Shown here: positions 24,908-36,800 of the stretch, piece by piece | How positions within the stretch are numbered: the stretch's first letter is position 1 | Layout of the letters: the number at the start of each line of letters is the position of its first letter | From: Heterodontus francisci | Taxonomy: Eukaryota | NCBI RefSeq assembly: GCF_036365525.1 | Contig: NC_090406.1 | Coordinates: 33,524,623-33,588,622 of the forward strand | Length of the DNA stretch: 64,000 nt | Direction of reading: 5' to 3' | Made by a program: the position numbers and the translations under genes | Notes under the pieces: generated by a model | What the model was told of the DNA's origin: nothing | Seen by the model: the letters and a program-made list of their open reading frames with translations, nothing else | Databases searched by the model: none

Positions 24908-25815
24908 TGTTACAACCAGGTGAGAAAAAGGTCTAGGGTTCTCTTTCAGCCTTCACCTGGTCTTACTACAGGGGTTAATTTTAAACATACCATGTTTTTT
25001 AGCTCCCGTTTGATGAATCCTTGTTCACCGCTTTCCAATCATAAGGCAAAGAAACCAGCACAAACAGGCTTTCTTAGGTTTAAAGAAGAAAAGTGAAATT
25101 TTATTAAACTTAAACTCTAATTTGGTTAACGCCTACGGATACATGAAGCGCCCACGCTAGCATGCATATGCGATACACATATGCAAATAGAGACAGAAAA
25201 GAGCAGAATAAAAATAAAGTGGAAAAGTTTGAGCCAATGTTTAAAGAGTTTTTATTACGGTTCTTCAAGCTCACTATAGAGTTCTTGATTGTAGGTAGAT
25301 CTTGCTTTTCGCTGGGGCACAGTATTCTTAAAGCTTGTTCGTTGTAGGAGACTTTTCTCTCTTGGGGTTCATGTGTCTTCAGTGTATTCAGAGACTTGTG
25401 AGAAAGTGATGGGAGCAGACAGGAGAGATCTTCTCAGTCCAGGAGCAAACAGACACTCTCAGTTCAAACTGTACAATTCAGAAAAACCCAGGTTGCCCAG
25501 CAGGTTAGTCATGTGACTAGCTGGTTTGACCATGTCCGTTTGTGTATTCGGCCATCTTAGCAGTCAACCTGGAATGCGACCTCCTCCACCTTCAACGTCT
25601 AGTGATCAAAAGTCCATTGTGGGTTGAATGTGTCAGGGAATGGCTGCTTTGTCCTTCCAAACACTGTCTGTTAATCTGCAAATGTCTTTCCAGCCACGAT
25701 CTGGCAATTTTTTTTAAAGCAAGGCCTTTCTTCACTTCAACAACAGTTTGAAATGTAATGTCCATGTCGCGAAATTAATATGCCTCATGCTTGGCAGGTG
25801 GGGGCCTGCATGACA
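24908..25815 (-). mobile_element. Probable solo LTR (about 0.9 kb)
   Basis: TGTTA..TGACA termini; flanks TTGT/CTGT (4-bp TSD with one mismatch); minus-strand AATAAA at about 25100. Confidence 0.6.
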
Positions 25816-25949
25816 CTGTCTTACCATTAAAGCATCTAACTCTTTCTTAAATGACTGGAATTTTGGTGTCAGTCACCCTTCCTGATAATACATTCCATCT
25901 GCTGACCACTCTCTGGGGCATCTGTCCTAACCTTGCCCTTCATCTATAT

Positions 25950-26365
25950 GGGTATGGTAGTGTAGTTGTTATGTTATTGGACTAACAATCCAGGGGCCTG
26001 GGCTAATAATCCAGATAATGAAGAGTTTAAATCCCACCATGGCAGTTTGAGAATTTGAATCTTTTTTTTCAAGTCTGGAAAAGTGGCTTTGAAATTGTTG
26101 GATTGTTGCAAAACTGCAACTGGTTCACTAATGTCCTTTAGGAAACCTGCCGTCCTTACCTGGTCTGGCCTATATGTAACTGTAGGCCCACATCAACATG
26201 GTTGACTCTTAACTGACCTGCGAAGTGACCTAGGAAACCACTCAGTTGTACCAAAACTGCTAGAGTGATTCAAGAAGGCAGGCCACCACCATCCTCTCTG
26301 GGCAACTAGGGATAGTCAAGAAATGCAGTCTTGCCATCATGCCCACATCTCAAAAATGTAAAAAC
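25950..26365 (+). mobile_element. Complete tRNA-derived SINE whose head and tail match the two ends of the LINE at 61055-62882
   Basis: Box A/B-like head; CTGGTTCACTAATGTCCTTTAGG..CCTTACCTGGTCTGGCC body; TTCAAGAAGGCAG..GGGCAACTAGGGAT..GCCCACATC tail. Confidence 0.75.
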
Positions 26366-26591
26366 GAACATTTTGATGCAGATTTGAGGGCAAAGAGTAA
26401 GAAATGTTTGTAATTATCTGCCAGCCAGAGGAGCAGAGGCAGTATTTGTGGGTTATTCAGAATAGAGTTTAATGGTGCTAAAAACGTGAGGTTTGTTGGA
26501 AAGAAGGTGCTTAAGAGGGATCTCATTGAAGTAGGGAATATATTATTAAGGTGAGGACTGCTTATTGATATCTCCAGTCTTGCATTGTTAG

Positions 26592-26749
26592 GGTTGGTGA
26601 CGTCTGCCTTTCCCACAACCCCGGATATTATCCGAATCATCGTGCAGCCCAAAAAACAAGATGCTACTGTCGGAGACAGGGTCTCTCTCTGCTGTCAAGC
26701 CATGGGGCCTCCAGGTCTTGGCTATCAGTGGTTCCGAGGAAAGCATGAG
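26592..26749 (+). CDS. malt3: Paracaspase coding exon 3 (Ig1 first half); 5' boundary uncertain
   Basis: ..PDIIRIIVQPKKQDATVGDRVSLCCQAMGPPGLGYQWFRGKHE; donor GAG|GTAAAA. The nearest in-phase AG is 26590-26591. Confidence 0.8.
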
Positions 26750-27024
26750 GTAAAAGTGGTGACTTCAGCCATTCTCTTATCATTGTAGACATTCAGACGA
26801 CAGTTACTCAAAATAAGAATTTTACATTGTCTGGAATATGCAAGAAATACTGAGCCTTTAATACACCCCATTATAGTGGTATAGGTGAGATAACCAAAAT
26901 TCTGGACTTGCAAAGGAACAGCTGTAGTTGATCTCTGATGAGCGTTGCTGTGAGATATTTGTACAAGCCTGTAGAAAGGTATTGGCCCAATGTGATGTAT
27001 GTGGAATAAAGGCCATTGGTAAGG

Positions 27025-28350
27025 TGGTCCATGTTTGAATCCCTCCAATCATGTTTTCAACCCTGCTACATTACGAAAATGGCTCTTATCAAAGCAACAA
27101 CTGACATCCGATGTGACTATGACAAAAGTAAATTATCTGTCCTTGTCCTCTCAACCTCTCTGCAGCCTTTGACAAAGCTGATTACATCATCCTCCTCTAA
27201 CTTCTCTCCACTGTTGTCCAGCTGGTGGGACTGCACTTTCCCGGTTCCATTCTTATCTAACTAATCGTGGACAGAGAATCACTTGCAATGGCATCTCTTG
27301 CTGCTCCTGCACTGTTACCTCTGGTTTTCCCCAAGGATCTATCCTTTGCCCGCTCCTATTTCTCATCTACATGCTGCCCCTCGATGACGTTATTCGAAAA
27401 CACAATTTCAGCACCCAGCTCTACCTCAGCACCACTTATCTTGACCCCTGCAGTGTCTCTAAATCTTCAGACTGCATGTCCGACCTCCATTACTGCATGT
27501 CCGACATCCATTACTGGATGAGAAGAAATTTCCTCCAATTAAATATTGGGAAGACCAAAGCCATTGTCTTCGATCCCTGCCACCAACTCCACTCGCTAGC
27601 CACTGATTCCATCCCTCTCCCTGATAACTGAGACTGAACCAGATTGTTTGCAACCTTGGTGTCATATTTGACCCCAAGATGAGCTTCCAACCACATAGCC
27701 GTGCTATTACTAAGACTGCCTGTTTCTACTTCCATAACAGCATCCAACTCTGCCCCTGTTTCAGCTCATCTGCTGCTGAAACCCTTATCCACGCCTTTGT
27801 TACCTCTAGACGTGACTATTCCAGCGCACTCCTGATCAGCCTCCCACATTCTAGGCCCGCATCCGTAAACTGGAGGTCATCCAAAACTCTGCTGCCCTCC
27901 TAACTCGCACCAAGTCCCATTCACCACATCACCCCGGTTCTTGCTGACCTATATTGACTCCCGGTTAAGCAATGCCTCGATGCCTCAGTCCCTCTATGCC
28001 CTCACCTGTGCCTATCACTCTACTGTCCTCTAGCCCCACAATCTTCCCAGGTAGCTACAGTCTTCTAATTTGGGCCTCTTGAACATCCCCAATTTTCATC
28101 GCTCCACCATTGGTGGCCATGCCTTCAGCTGCCTGGGCCCTAAGCTCTGGAATTCCCTCCCTAAATCTCTCCACCTCACTTTCCTTCTTTAAAATGCTTC
28201 TTAAAATTTACTGCTTTGATCAAGCTTTTGGTCATCTGCCCTAATGTCTCCAATGAGGCTTGGTGTCATTGCCTGTTTTATTGCCCCTGAGAAGCATCTT
28301 AGGATGCTTTATTATGTTATAGGTGCTATATAAATACAAGTTATTGTTGA
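27025..28350 (+). mobile_element. L2 LINE 3' portion (degraded RT)
   Basis: WMRRNFLQLNIGKTKAI and AETLIHAFVTSRRDY motifs; tail AGGTGCTATATAAATACAAGTTATTGTTG. Confidence 0.85.
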
Positions 28351-28605
28351 TTATGCATGGGCTGTGGGTGCAATAAAGGATATTGTGTGTGAGTTGTGGG
28401 GCGGGGTGGCAAGGAGGTTTGAATGGGTGGGGTAAGGTCTGAAATAGGGTAGATTGAGTGTGAGTTGTGGGAGCAATAGGATTGATCAGCAAAAGACCAT
28501 TTCTCATGCCTTTTCCTGCTTGTACTCTACTACCATATTAATTGTTTGTTAAAGGGGGTTGTCACCCCATAAAATCTCACTACGAACTTCATTTGTTTTG
28601 TCTAG

Positions 28606-28750
28606 GTCAAGGGTGGAAACTCCTCAGAGCTTCTCTTTAACTGCGTTGATCATAGTGATGGTGACTGGTATGTCTGTAGGGTTCACTGTGGAACGCACTA
28701 TTTGTATTCCAAATGGGTCCGACTCCGGGTTGCCAGCAGCCCAACAACAG
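28606..28750 (+). CDS. malt3: Paracaspase coding exon 4 (Ig1 second half), GC donor
   Basis: VKGGNSSELLFNCVDHSDGDWYVCRVHCGTHYLYSKWVRLRVASSPTT; TAG acceptor; donor CAG|GCAAGT. Confidence 0.85.
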
Positions 28751-30675
28751 GCAAGTCAAAAATCTTGTGGAAGTAGACTTTCCACAATTGGGAAGTAGCA
28801 GCAAAAGTGCACTTGAAATTGCTCTGGTTAAGTTATGCTTCAAGTTTCCTCTAATGTTCATTTCCACAATCACAAAAGCAAAATCTTCAAAGAGCAATTG
28901 GACAGTGTAATAGAACATAATTTTTTTTTCCATTAGAAAATATTCTTCAATGTATTTAAGAGTAGAAACCTGTGCAGTTTCCTATATACAGCATTTTTAA
29001 CCAGGGTTTTGAATCCTCTGCCTGTGCGTAATCTGATGTACAACCACTGAAAATGAATTTAAAAACTAAATTGAACGATTTGCTAGTTTCATTGGTGAGC
29101 ACTGGTCAGTTTCTTTGTAAATTAACTGTCTTTTGATAGGAAACCTTTAAAAATGTGGCTCCCATTGTCCGTGTGCCTAAGAAAATGAGCACAATTTGAA
29201 GAGCCTTCCCAAACTGGCACAATTGGTGAAATCTTCTAATTTTGCCCAGGCATGGCCACTTTTGTGGATGGGGCCTGATTCGGGCAAATTTGAATCTTGA
29301 ACTGAAGTAAAAGATTGCGGTAAACACAAGCATGGATGATTTTAGGTGTAACTCACCCATGTTTATCATTTCCCAGTCTTCTGCATGGGTTGGTCTGAAT
29401 CTGCCTGGATTGCGCTGGAATCTGAGTACAAAACTAGTGGAAATTTCCCCCCTGTGATTTGTAAACATACAGAGAAAGCTCCTCCTTTTTGGGTAAATGC
29501 TTCACCTGGTATGGTGCATGGAGGGTCCGAGATTTGATCCCCACTCTTGCCTGAGTTAGTTGATCTCTGTTCGAGGGTCAATGTCACTTTAAGAAGTACA
29601 AATTGATTGCAGAACCTGTGATAGCTGCTCAATATTTTTAGCTCTACTGGTTCCTTCCTCTTTTCCATATCCTGTATCTTGGTGCGATCATTTTCCATCA
29701 GAGTTGCTACCTACTGGTTTAACCTCGAAACACCACTCCTTTCTACACACACAGCATGGCTGCCTGATGTGTGTTATAAATGAGGCTTCAAATGCTTGTT
29801 TCTAAGCTGCCTTTGTCCATCCATATCTCTCACTTTATAAATCTTAGAAAGCATATCTGTTTAAGTTGAATGAGATTGGGGAAGTGTTAGATCAGTGTCA
29901 CTCACCGGTTTGTCAAGGGCCACACTCTCAGCCATTCTGCATAATACTGCATCATGCTGATGGGGTGCCTGTGATCCCTCAGTGAGGTTCTGATTTCACC
30001 CACGCCCTTGTGAGTAAGCACCAAGAACAGATAATTGCTGAGTTAGCTCACCTCTGTTAGCTGCTACAATTGGCTGCAGCACCTGGGACTAGGGAGATCA
30101 AAGTGGATCAGAGTTCCTGATGCTGATCACCATCCCTGGAAGGTGTATTTTTGAGTTTCTGACTTGATTGAAAGTCCTGCTAACTCATGTAGATTGCTCA
30201 GTTTAGCTAGGTATTGGAGGAGAACACAGGGACTGCCAGAGCCCGCACCCTGCCCAGATACTACCCAACCTCCGCACCCCCCACGCCCCCCACAACCCCC
30301 GCCAGAGCCTAGACCAAGCCAGCAACCGCACCTTTCACAACTGATGTCCACAGGGCTCTTTCTAACAGGGCACTTTTGACATTGATCAGGAGCAGGCTGA
30401 CTGATTTTCACCTCACTCAGCAACATTGAGACCAATTGTCGCACCTCCAGCTCCTCCCACTATCATATACTTGGGATAACTCAACTATCACAGCTCTGAC
30501 CAAGGATCAAACCTAGGGTCTTCTAACATGTATGGCTCAGTAGCACAATGAGTGCTGCTTCTCCCCACTATCCCAGCAGGGTTGCCCTGCTCTGATGATG
30601 TCCGATTCAGCTGAGATTGAGCGCAGTTGATGTGTCATTCCCCTTTATAATGGAATATTTGTTTTGTTTTTCCAG

Positions 30676-30857
30676 CAGCGGGTGGGATTTGCCTGTCTTT
30701 GAACAGAGTGCACATCGTGGTACATCCCAGCTCATTGACCCTCAAGGAAGGTGATGCCCTGGTACTCCCTTGTTACGCTGTGGGTGATCCTCTGCCACAA
30801 TACCAGTGGTTTCGAAACAACCAGCTGTTGCCTGAAGCAAACAAACCATATCTGAAG
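30676..30857 (+). CDS. malt3: Paracaspase coding exon 5 (Ig2 first half)
   Basis: AGGICLSLNRVHIVVHPSSLTLKEGDALVLPCYAVGDPLPQYQWFRNNQLLPEANKPYLK; CAGCAG acceptor; donor AAG|GTTTGT. Confidence 0.88.
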
Positions 30858-31059
30858 GTTTGTGACCATTTTTGGCTTGAGTGATTGACTATATCTTGCA
30901 TGTTTGACTCAAATAAAGGTCAGGTCTTTCTCAAATGTTAGAAGTAATCAACCCTCCTGCTGTCACACTGCAAGTGTGTTTGTTAATACTTACACTGCTG
31001 GCTGGTACATGGAAATGACTGCCTGGACTGAGCAATTATTCAACTCATTCACTCATGAT

Positions 31060-33780
31060 GAAACAACAACAGCTTGTATTTATATAGCACCTTTAACATA
31101 GTAAATTGTAGAATAGTCCCAAGGCACTTCACTGGAGTGTTATCAAACAAGATTTGATACCGAGCCATATAAGGAGATATTAAGGCAGATGACCAAAAGC
31201 TTGGTCAGATAGATAGGTTTTAAGGTGTGTTTTAAAGGAGGAAAGTGAGATAGAGAGGCGGAAAAGTCTAGGGAGCAAATCCCAGAGCTTAGGACCTTAG
31301 CAGCTGAAAACCCGGTTGCCAGTGGTGGAGTGATTAAAGTCAGGGATGCTAAAGAGGCCAGAATTGGAGAATTGCAGATATCTCCAGAAGAATGTAGGGC
31401 TGGAGGAGGTTACAGAGATAGGGTGGAGCGAGGCCAGAGAGAAATTTGAAAACAAGGATGAGAATTTTAAAATCAAGGTATTGCTCAACCAGAAGTAAAG
31501 TAGGTCATTGAGGACAGGAGTGATGGGTGAACGAGACTTGGTGCAAGTTAGGACACAGGCAGCAGAGTTTTGGATAACCTCAAGTTTACAAAGGGTAAAA
31601 AATGGGAGGCCAGCCAGGAGTGGAATAGTCAAGTCTAGAGGTAACAAAGGCATGGATGAGGGTTTCAGTAGCAGTGGAGCTGAGACAGGGATGCAGTCAG
31701 GTGACATTACGGAGGTGGAAATAGGTGATCTTGGTGATGACTCGGATATGTGGTTGGATGCTCATCTCGGGGGTCAAATATGACACCAAGGTTGCGAACA
31801 GTCTGGTTCAGTCTCAGACAGTTGGCAGGGAGAGAGATGGAGCTGTTGGCTAGGGAATGGAGTTTGTAGCAGGACCGAAGACAATGGCTTTAGTCTTCCC
31901 AATATTTAGTTGGAGGAAATTTCTGCTCATCCAGTGCTGGATGTCGGACAAGCAGTGTGACAGATTAGAGACAGTGGAAGGATCGAGAGAGGTGGTGATG
32001 AGGCAGAGCTGGGTGTCGTCAGCATACATGTGAAAACTGGCGTGGTGTTTTCAGATGATGTCGCCGAGGGGCAGCATGTAGATGAGAAGAAGGATGGGGT
32101 CAAGGATAGATTCTTGGGGAACACCAGAGATAACTGTGCAGGAATGGGAAGAGAAGCCTTTGCAGGTGATTCTCTTGCTACGACTGGATAGACAGATGAG
32201 TGTAGTCCCACTCAGTTGGACGATGGTGGAGAGGTGTTGGAGGAGGATGGTGGAGAGGTGTTGGAGGAGGATGGTGGAGAGGTGTTGGAGGGGGATGGTG
32301 GAGAGGTGTTGGAGGAGGATGGTGGAGAGGTGTTGGAGGAGGATGGTGGAGAGCTGTTGGAGGAGGATGGTGGAGAGGTGTTGGAGGGGGATGGTGGAGA
32401 GGTTTTGGAGAGGAATGGTGGAGAGGTGTTGGAGGAGGATGGTGGAGAGGTGTTGGAGGAGGATGGTGGAGAGGTGTTGGAGGGGGATGGTGGAGAGATG
32501 TTGGAGGGGGATGGTGGAGAGGTGTTGGAGGGGGATGGTGGAGAGGTGTTGGAGGGGGATGGTGGAGAGGTGTTGGATGGTGGAGAGGTGTTGGAGGGGG
32601 ATGGTGGAGAGGTGTTGGAGGGGGTTGGTGGAGAGGTGTTAGAGGGGGATGGTGGAGAGGTGTTGGAGGGGGATGGTGGAGAGGTGTTGGAGGGGGTTGG
32701 TGGAGAGGTGTTAGAGGGGGATGGTGAAGAGGTGTTGGAGGGGGTTGGTGGAGAGGTGTTAGAGGGGGATGGTGGAGAGGTGTTGGAGGGGGATGGTGGA
32801 GAGGTGTTGGATGGTGGAGAGGTGTTGGAGGGGGATGGTGGAGAGGTGTTGGAGGGGGATGGTGGAGAGGTGTTGGAGGGGGATGGTGGAGAGGTGTTGG
32901 AGGGGGTTGGTGGAGAGGTGTTAGAGGGGGATGGTGGAGAGGTGTTGGAGGGGGATGGTGGAGAGGTGTTGGAGAGGGATGGTGGAGAGGTGTTGGAGGG
33001 GGATGGTGGAGAGGTGTTGGAGGGTGATGGTGGAGAGGTGTTGGAGGGGGATGGTGGAGAGGTGTTAGAGGGGGATGGTGGAGAGGTGTTAGAGGGGGAT
33101 GGTGGAGAGGTGTTGGAGGGGGATGGTGGAGAGGTGTTGGAGGGTGATGGTGGAGAGGTGTTGGAGGGGGATGGTGGAGAGGTGTTGGAGGGGGATGGTG
33201 GAGGGGTGTTGGAGGGTGATGGTGGAGAGGTGTTGGAGGGGGATGGTGGAGAGATGTTGGAGGGGGATGGTGGAGGGGTGTTGGAGGGGGATGGTGGAGA
33301 GGTGTTGGATGGTGGAGGGGTGTTGGAGGGGGATGGTGGAGGGGTGTTGGATGGTGGAGGGGTGTTGGAGGGGGATGGTGGAGAGGTGTTGGATGGTGGA
33401 GGGGTGTTGGATGGTGGAGGGGTGTTGGAGGGGGATGGTGGAGAGATGTTGGATGGTGGAGGGGTGTTGGAGGGGGATGGTGGAGGGGTGTTGGAGGGGG
33501 ATGCTATGGTCAGCCATGTCAAAGGCTGCAGACAGGTCAAGAAGGATGAGGAGGATAGTTTACGATTGTCACAGTCACATAGAATGTCAGTTCTTACCCT
33601 GTTAAGAGTACAATGGTAGGGTTGGAAACATGAGTGGAGCAATTTAAACATAGTGTACAGGGAAAAACGGGAATGGATTTGGGAGGCGACCGATCGTTTG
33701 AAGACTTTTGAGCGGTAAGGGAGGTTGAAGATGGGCTGGTAGTTTGCAAGGACGAAGGGGTCAAATGTTTTTTTGAGGAG
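31060..33780 (-). mobile_element. L2 LINE 3' portion containing an expanded minisatellite
   Basis: Tail AACAACAACAGCTTGTATTTATATAGCACCTTTAAC at 31061; LEVIQNSAACVLT; PYADDTQL-like motif at about 32010; L2 sequence resumes after 33503. Confidence 0.85.
32222..33502. repeat. 24-bp G-rich minisatellite (GGATGGTGGAGAGGTGTTGGAGGG), about 55 units with some 18-bp variants
   Basis: Directly visible tandem array. Confidence 0.97.
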
Positions 33781-33884
33781 TCATACACCAAAATTACACT
33801 AATTATGCAAGCACATTTAAGAACAGGGAACGACCATTAGATTCAATGAACTCATTCCCTCAATATAATGGATCAGCCCAACCT

Positions 33885-36800
33885 ACCCAGAGCGAGACCC
33901 AGCGGACCTGCGAGGAGACAGGTGAGCGGGAGTTCCAGCAGTTTAAAAGAGGCGTACTCTCACACACTCTCACAGGGACAGCGAGAGAGTTTCAGGACTG
34001 ACGTCACAGTTCAGAAAGTGACACTTTGCAAGGGGAGGCAGCTGATTGGTGAGTAGAAACAGGTATTTCTACCCTTTTTTTTACTACTTTCAATCGCCGA
34101 AGTAAAGGTAGGGAATTTAAATTGTAGTAGGTGGTGTTTGCAGTACAAAAAGGTACCTATCGTAATTAGTACTCTAAATTAAAGGGAGTAACTAAGGAGC
34201 TTAATTTAAGGATAAGTCACGGCAGGAGAGCTCAGCCCTATGGTGTGCTCCTCCTGTGCTATGTGGGCAATCGGACATTTCCAGTGTCCCTGGCGACCAT
34301 GTGTGCAGGAAGTGTGTCCAGCTGCAGCTACTAGCTGACCACATTGCGCAGCTGGAGCTGCGGATGGGCTCACTGTGGAGCATCCGTGATGCTGAGGACA
34401 TCGTGGATAGCATGTTTAGCAAGGTGGTCACACCACAGGTAATGGCTGCAGAGGCAGAAAAGGGATGGGTGATCACCAGGAGGAGTAGTAGGCGCAGGCA
34501 GGTAGTGCAGGAGTCCCCTGTGGCCATCCCTCTCTCAAACAGATATACCACTTTGGATACTGTTGGGGGGGATGGCCTCCCAGGGGAAAGCAGCAACAGC
34601 CAAGTTCGTGGCACCTCAGTTGGCTCTGCTGCTAAGGAGGGGGTGAAAAAGAATGGGAGAGCCATACTGATAGGGGATTTAATCGTAAGGCGAACAGACA
34701 GGCTTTTCTGTGGCTCCAGGATGATATGTTGCCTCCCTGGTGCTAGGGTCAAGGATGTCTCGGAGCGGCTGCAGGACATTCTGAAGGGAGAAGGTGAACA
34801 GTCAGAGGTTGTGGTACACATTGGTACCAATGACATAGATAGAAAGAGGGATGAAGTCCTGCAAAAATAATTTAGGGAGCTAGGTAGCAGATTAAAAAGC
34901 AGGACCTCAAAGGTTGTAATCTCTTGATTACTCCTGGTGCCACGTGCTAGTGAGTATAGGAATAGGAGGATAGAGCAGATGAATGCGTGGCTGAGGAGGT
35001 GGTGCAGGAGGGAAGGCTTTAGTTTGCTGGATCACTGGGTCTGTTTCTGGCAAAGGTGGGATCTGTACAAGTTCGACGTTTTGCACCTGAGCTGGAACGG
35101 GACCAATATCCTTGCTGGGAGATTTGCTAGTGCTTTTGTGGGGGGGGGGTTTAAACTAATTTGGCAGGGGGATGAGATGGATACAGAGTGGAGGTACAGT
35201 AGGGGGTGATGCACAGTCAAATATAGAAGAGAAACTGAGTCAGTCTGGAAGGCAGAGCAAATATTGACCTGTGAAGACACAAGTGAAAAATACAAGGCTG
35301 GATTGCATCTATTTTAATGCAAGGAGTCTTCCTAGTAAGGCAGATGAATTGAGGGTGATGATTAGCACATGGGATTATGATATTATTGCTATCACAGAGA
35401 CATGGTTGAGGGAGGGGCAGGACTGGCATCTCAGTATTCCAGGGTATAGAATCTTCAGGCATGACAGGGGAGGGGGTAAAAGAGGTGGTGGCATTGCACT
35501 GTTGATCAAGGAGTCAATTACTGCAGTAAGGAGGGATAATATCTTAGTAGGTTCCTCAAATGAGGCCATATGGGTAGAACTTAAAAACAAAAAGGGGGCA
35601 ATCACAGGCCGCCAAACAGTCAGGGAGAGATAGAGGAGCAGATATGTAGGCAAATCTCAGAGAGGTGTAAAAATAATAGTGGAATAATAGTAGGGGATTT
35701 CAACTTCCCCAATATCAACTGGGATAGCCTTAGTGCAAAAGGCTGAAAGGGGGTAGAATACTTAAAATGCATACAGGAGAGCTTTTTGAGCCAGTACGTA
35801 GAAAGTCCTACAAGAGAAGGGGCAGTACTGGACCTAATCCTAGGGAATGAAGCCGGACAAGTGGTAGAAATGTCAGTGGGGGGAGTATTTCGGGGATAGT
35901 GACCATAACTGTAAGATTTAAGGTAGTTATGGAAAAGGACAAACATGGACCGAAAATAAAGGTACTGAATTGCAGGAAGGCCGATTTTAAGATGATAAAA
36001 CGGGATCTGGCCAAAGTGGACTGGGAGCAGCTACTTGTAGGAAAGTCAACATCAGATCAGTGAGAGTCATTCAAAGAGGAAATAGTGAGAGTTCAGAGCC
36101 AACATGTACCCGTTAAGGTGAAGGGTAGGACTAACAAGTCCAGGGAACCCTGGATGTCAAGGGATATAGAGGATTGGATCAGTAAAAAAAAAGGAAGCTT
36201 ATGGCAGCTTCAGAGTGCTGAAAACAGTGGAGGCACTAGAAAGGTATAGAAAATGTAGGGGGTACTTAAAAAAGTAATTAGGAGAGTGAAGTGGGGACAT
36301 GAAAAAACACTAGCGGGCAAGATAAAGGAAAATCCTAAGGTGTTTTATAAGTATATTAAGGGCAAGAGGATAACCAGGGAAAGAGTGGGGACCATTAGGG
36401 ACCAAAGTGGCAATCTGTGTGTGGAGCCGGAGGACATAGGTGAGGTTTTAAATGATTACTTTTCATCTGTGTTCACTATGGAGAAGGACGATGTAGGTGT
36501 AGAGATCAGGGAGGGGGGTTAAGATATCCTTTAACAAATTAGCATTGAAAGGGAGGAAGTATTAGCTGTTTTAGCGGGCTTAAAAGTGGATAAATCCCCA
36601 GGCCCAGATGAGATATATCCCAGGCTGTTATGTGAGGCAAGGGAGGAGATAGCAGGCCTCTGACACAAATTTTCAAATCCTCTCTGGCCACAGGAGAGGT
36701 GCCAGAGGACTGGAGGACAACGAATGTGGTACCATTATTTAAGAAGGGTAGCAGAGATAAGCCAGGTAATTACAGGCCAGTGAGTCTAACATCGGTGGTT

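Noticed and set aside
27471-27515. 21-bp tandem duplication in L2 (and about 50-bp duplication at 13905-13985 in CR1)
   Set aside because: Ordinary slippage events in decayed elements.
32082-33651. 479-aa SPSNTSPP and 467-aa EGDGGEVL ORFs resembling extensin or acidic proteins
   Set aside because: A 24-bp minisatellite expanded within an L2 element.
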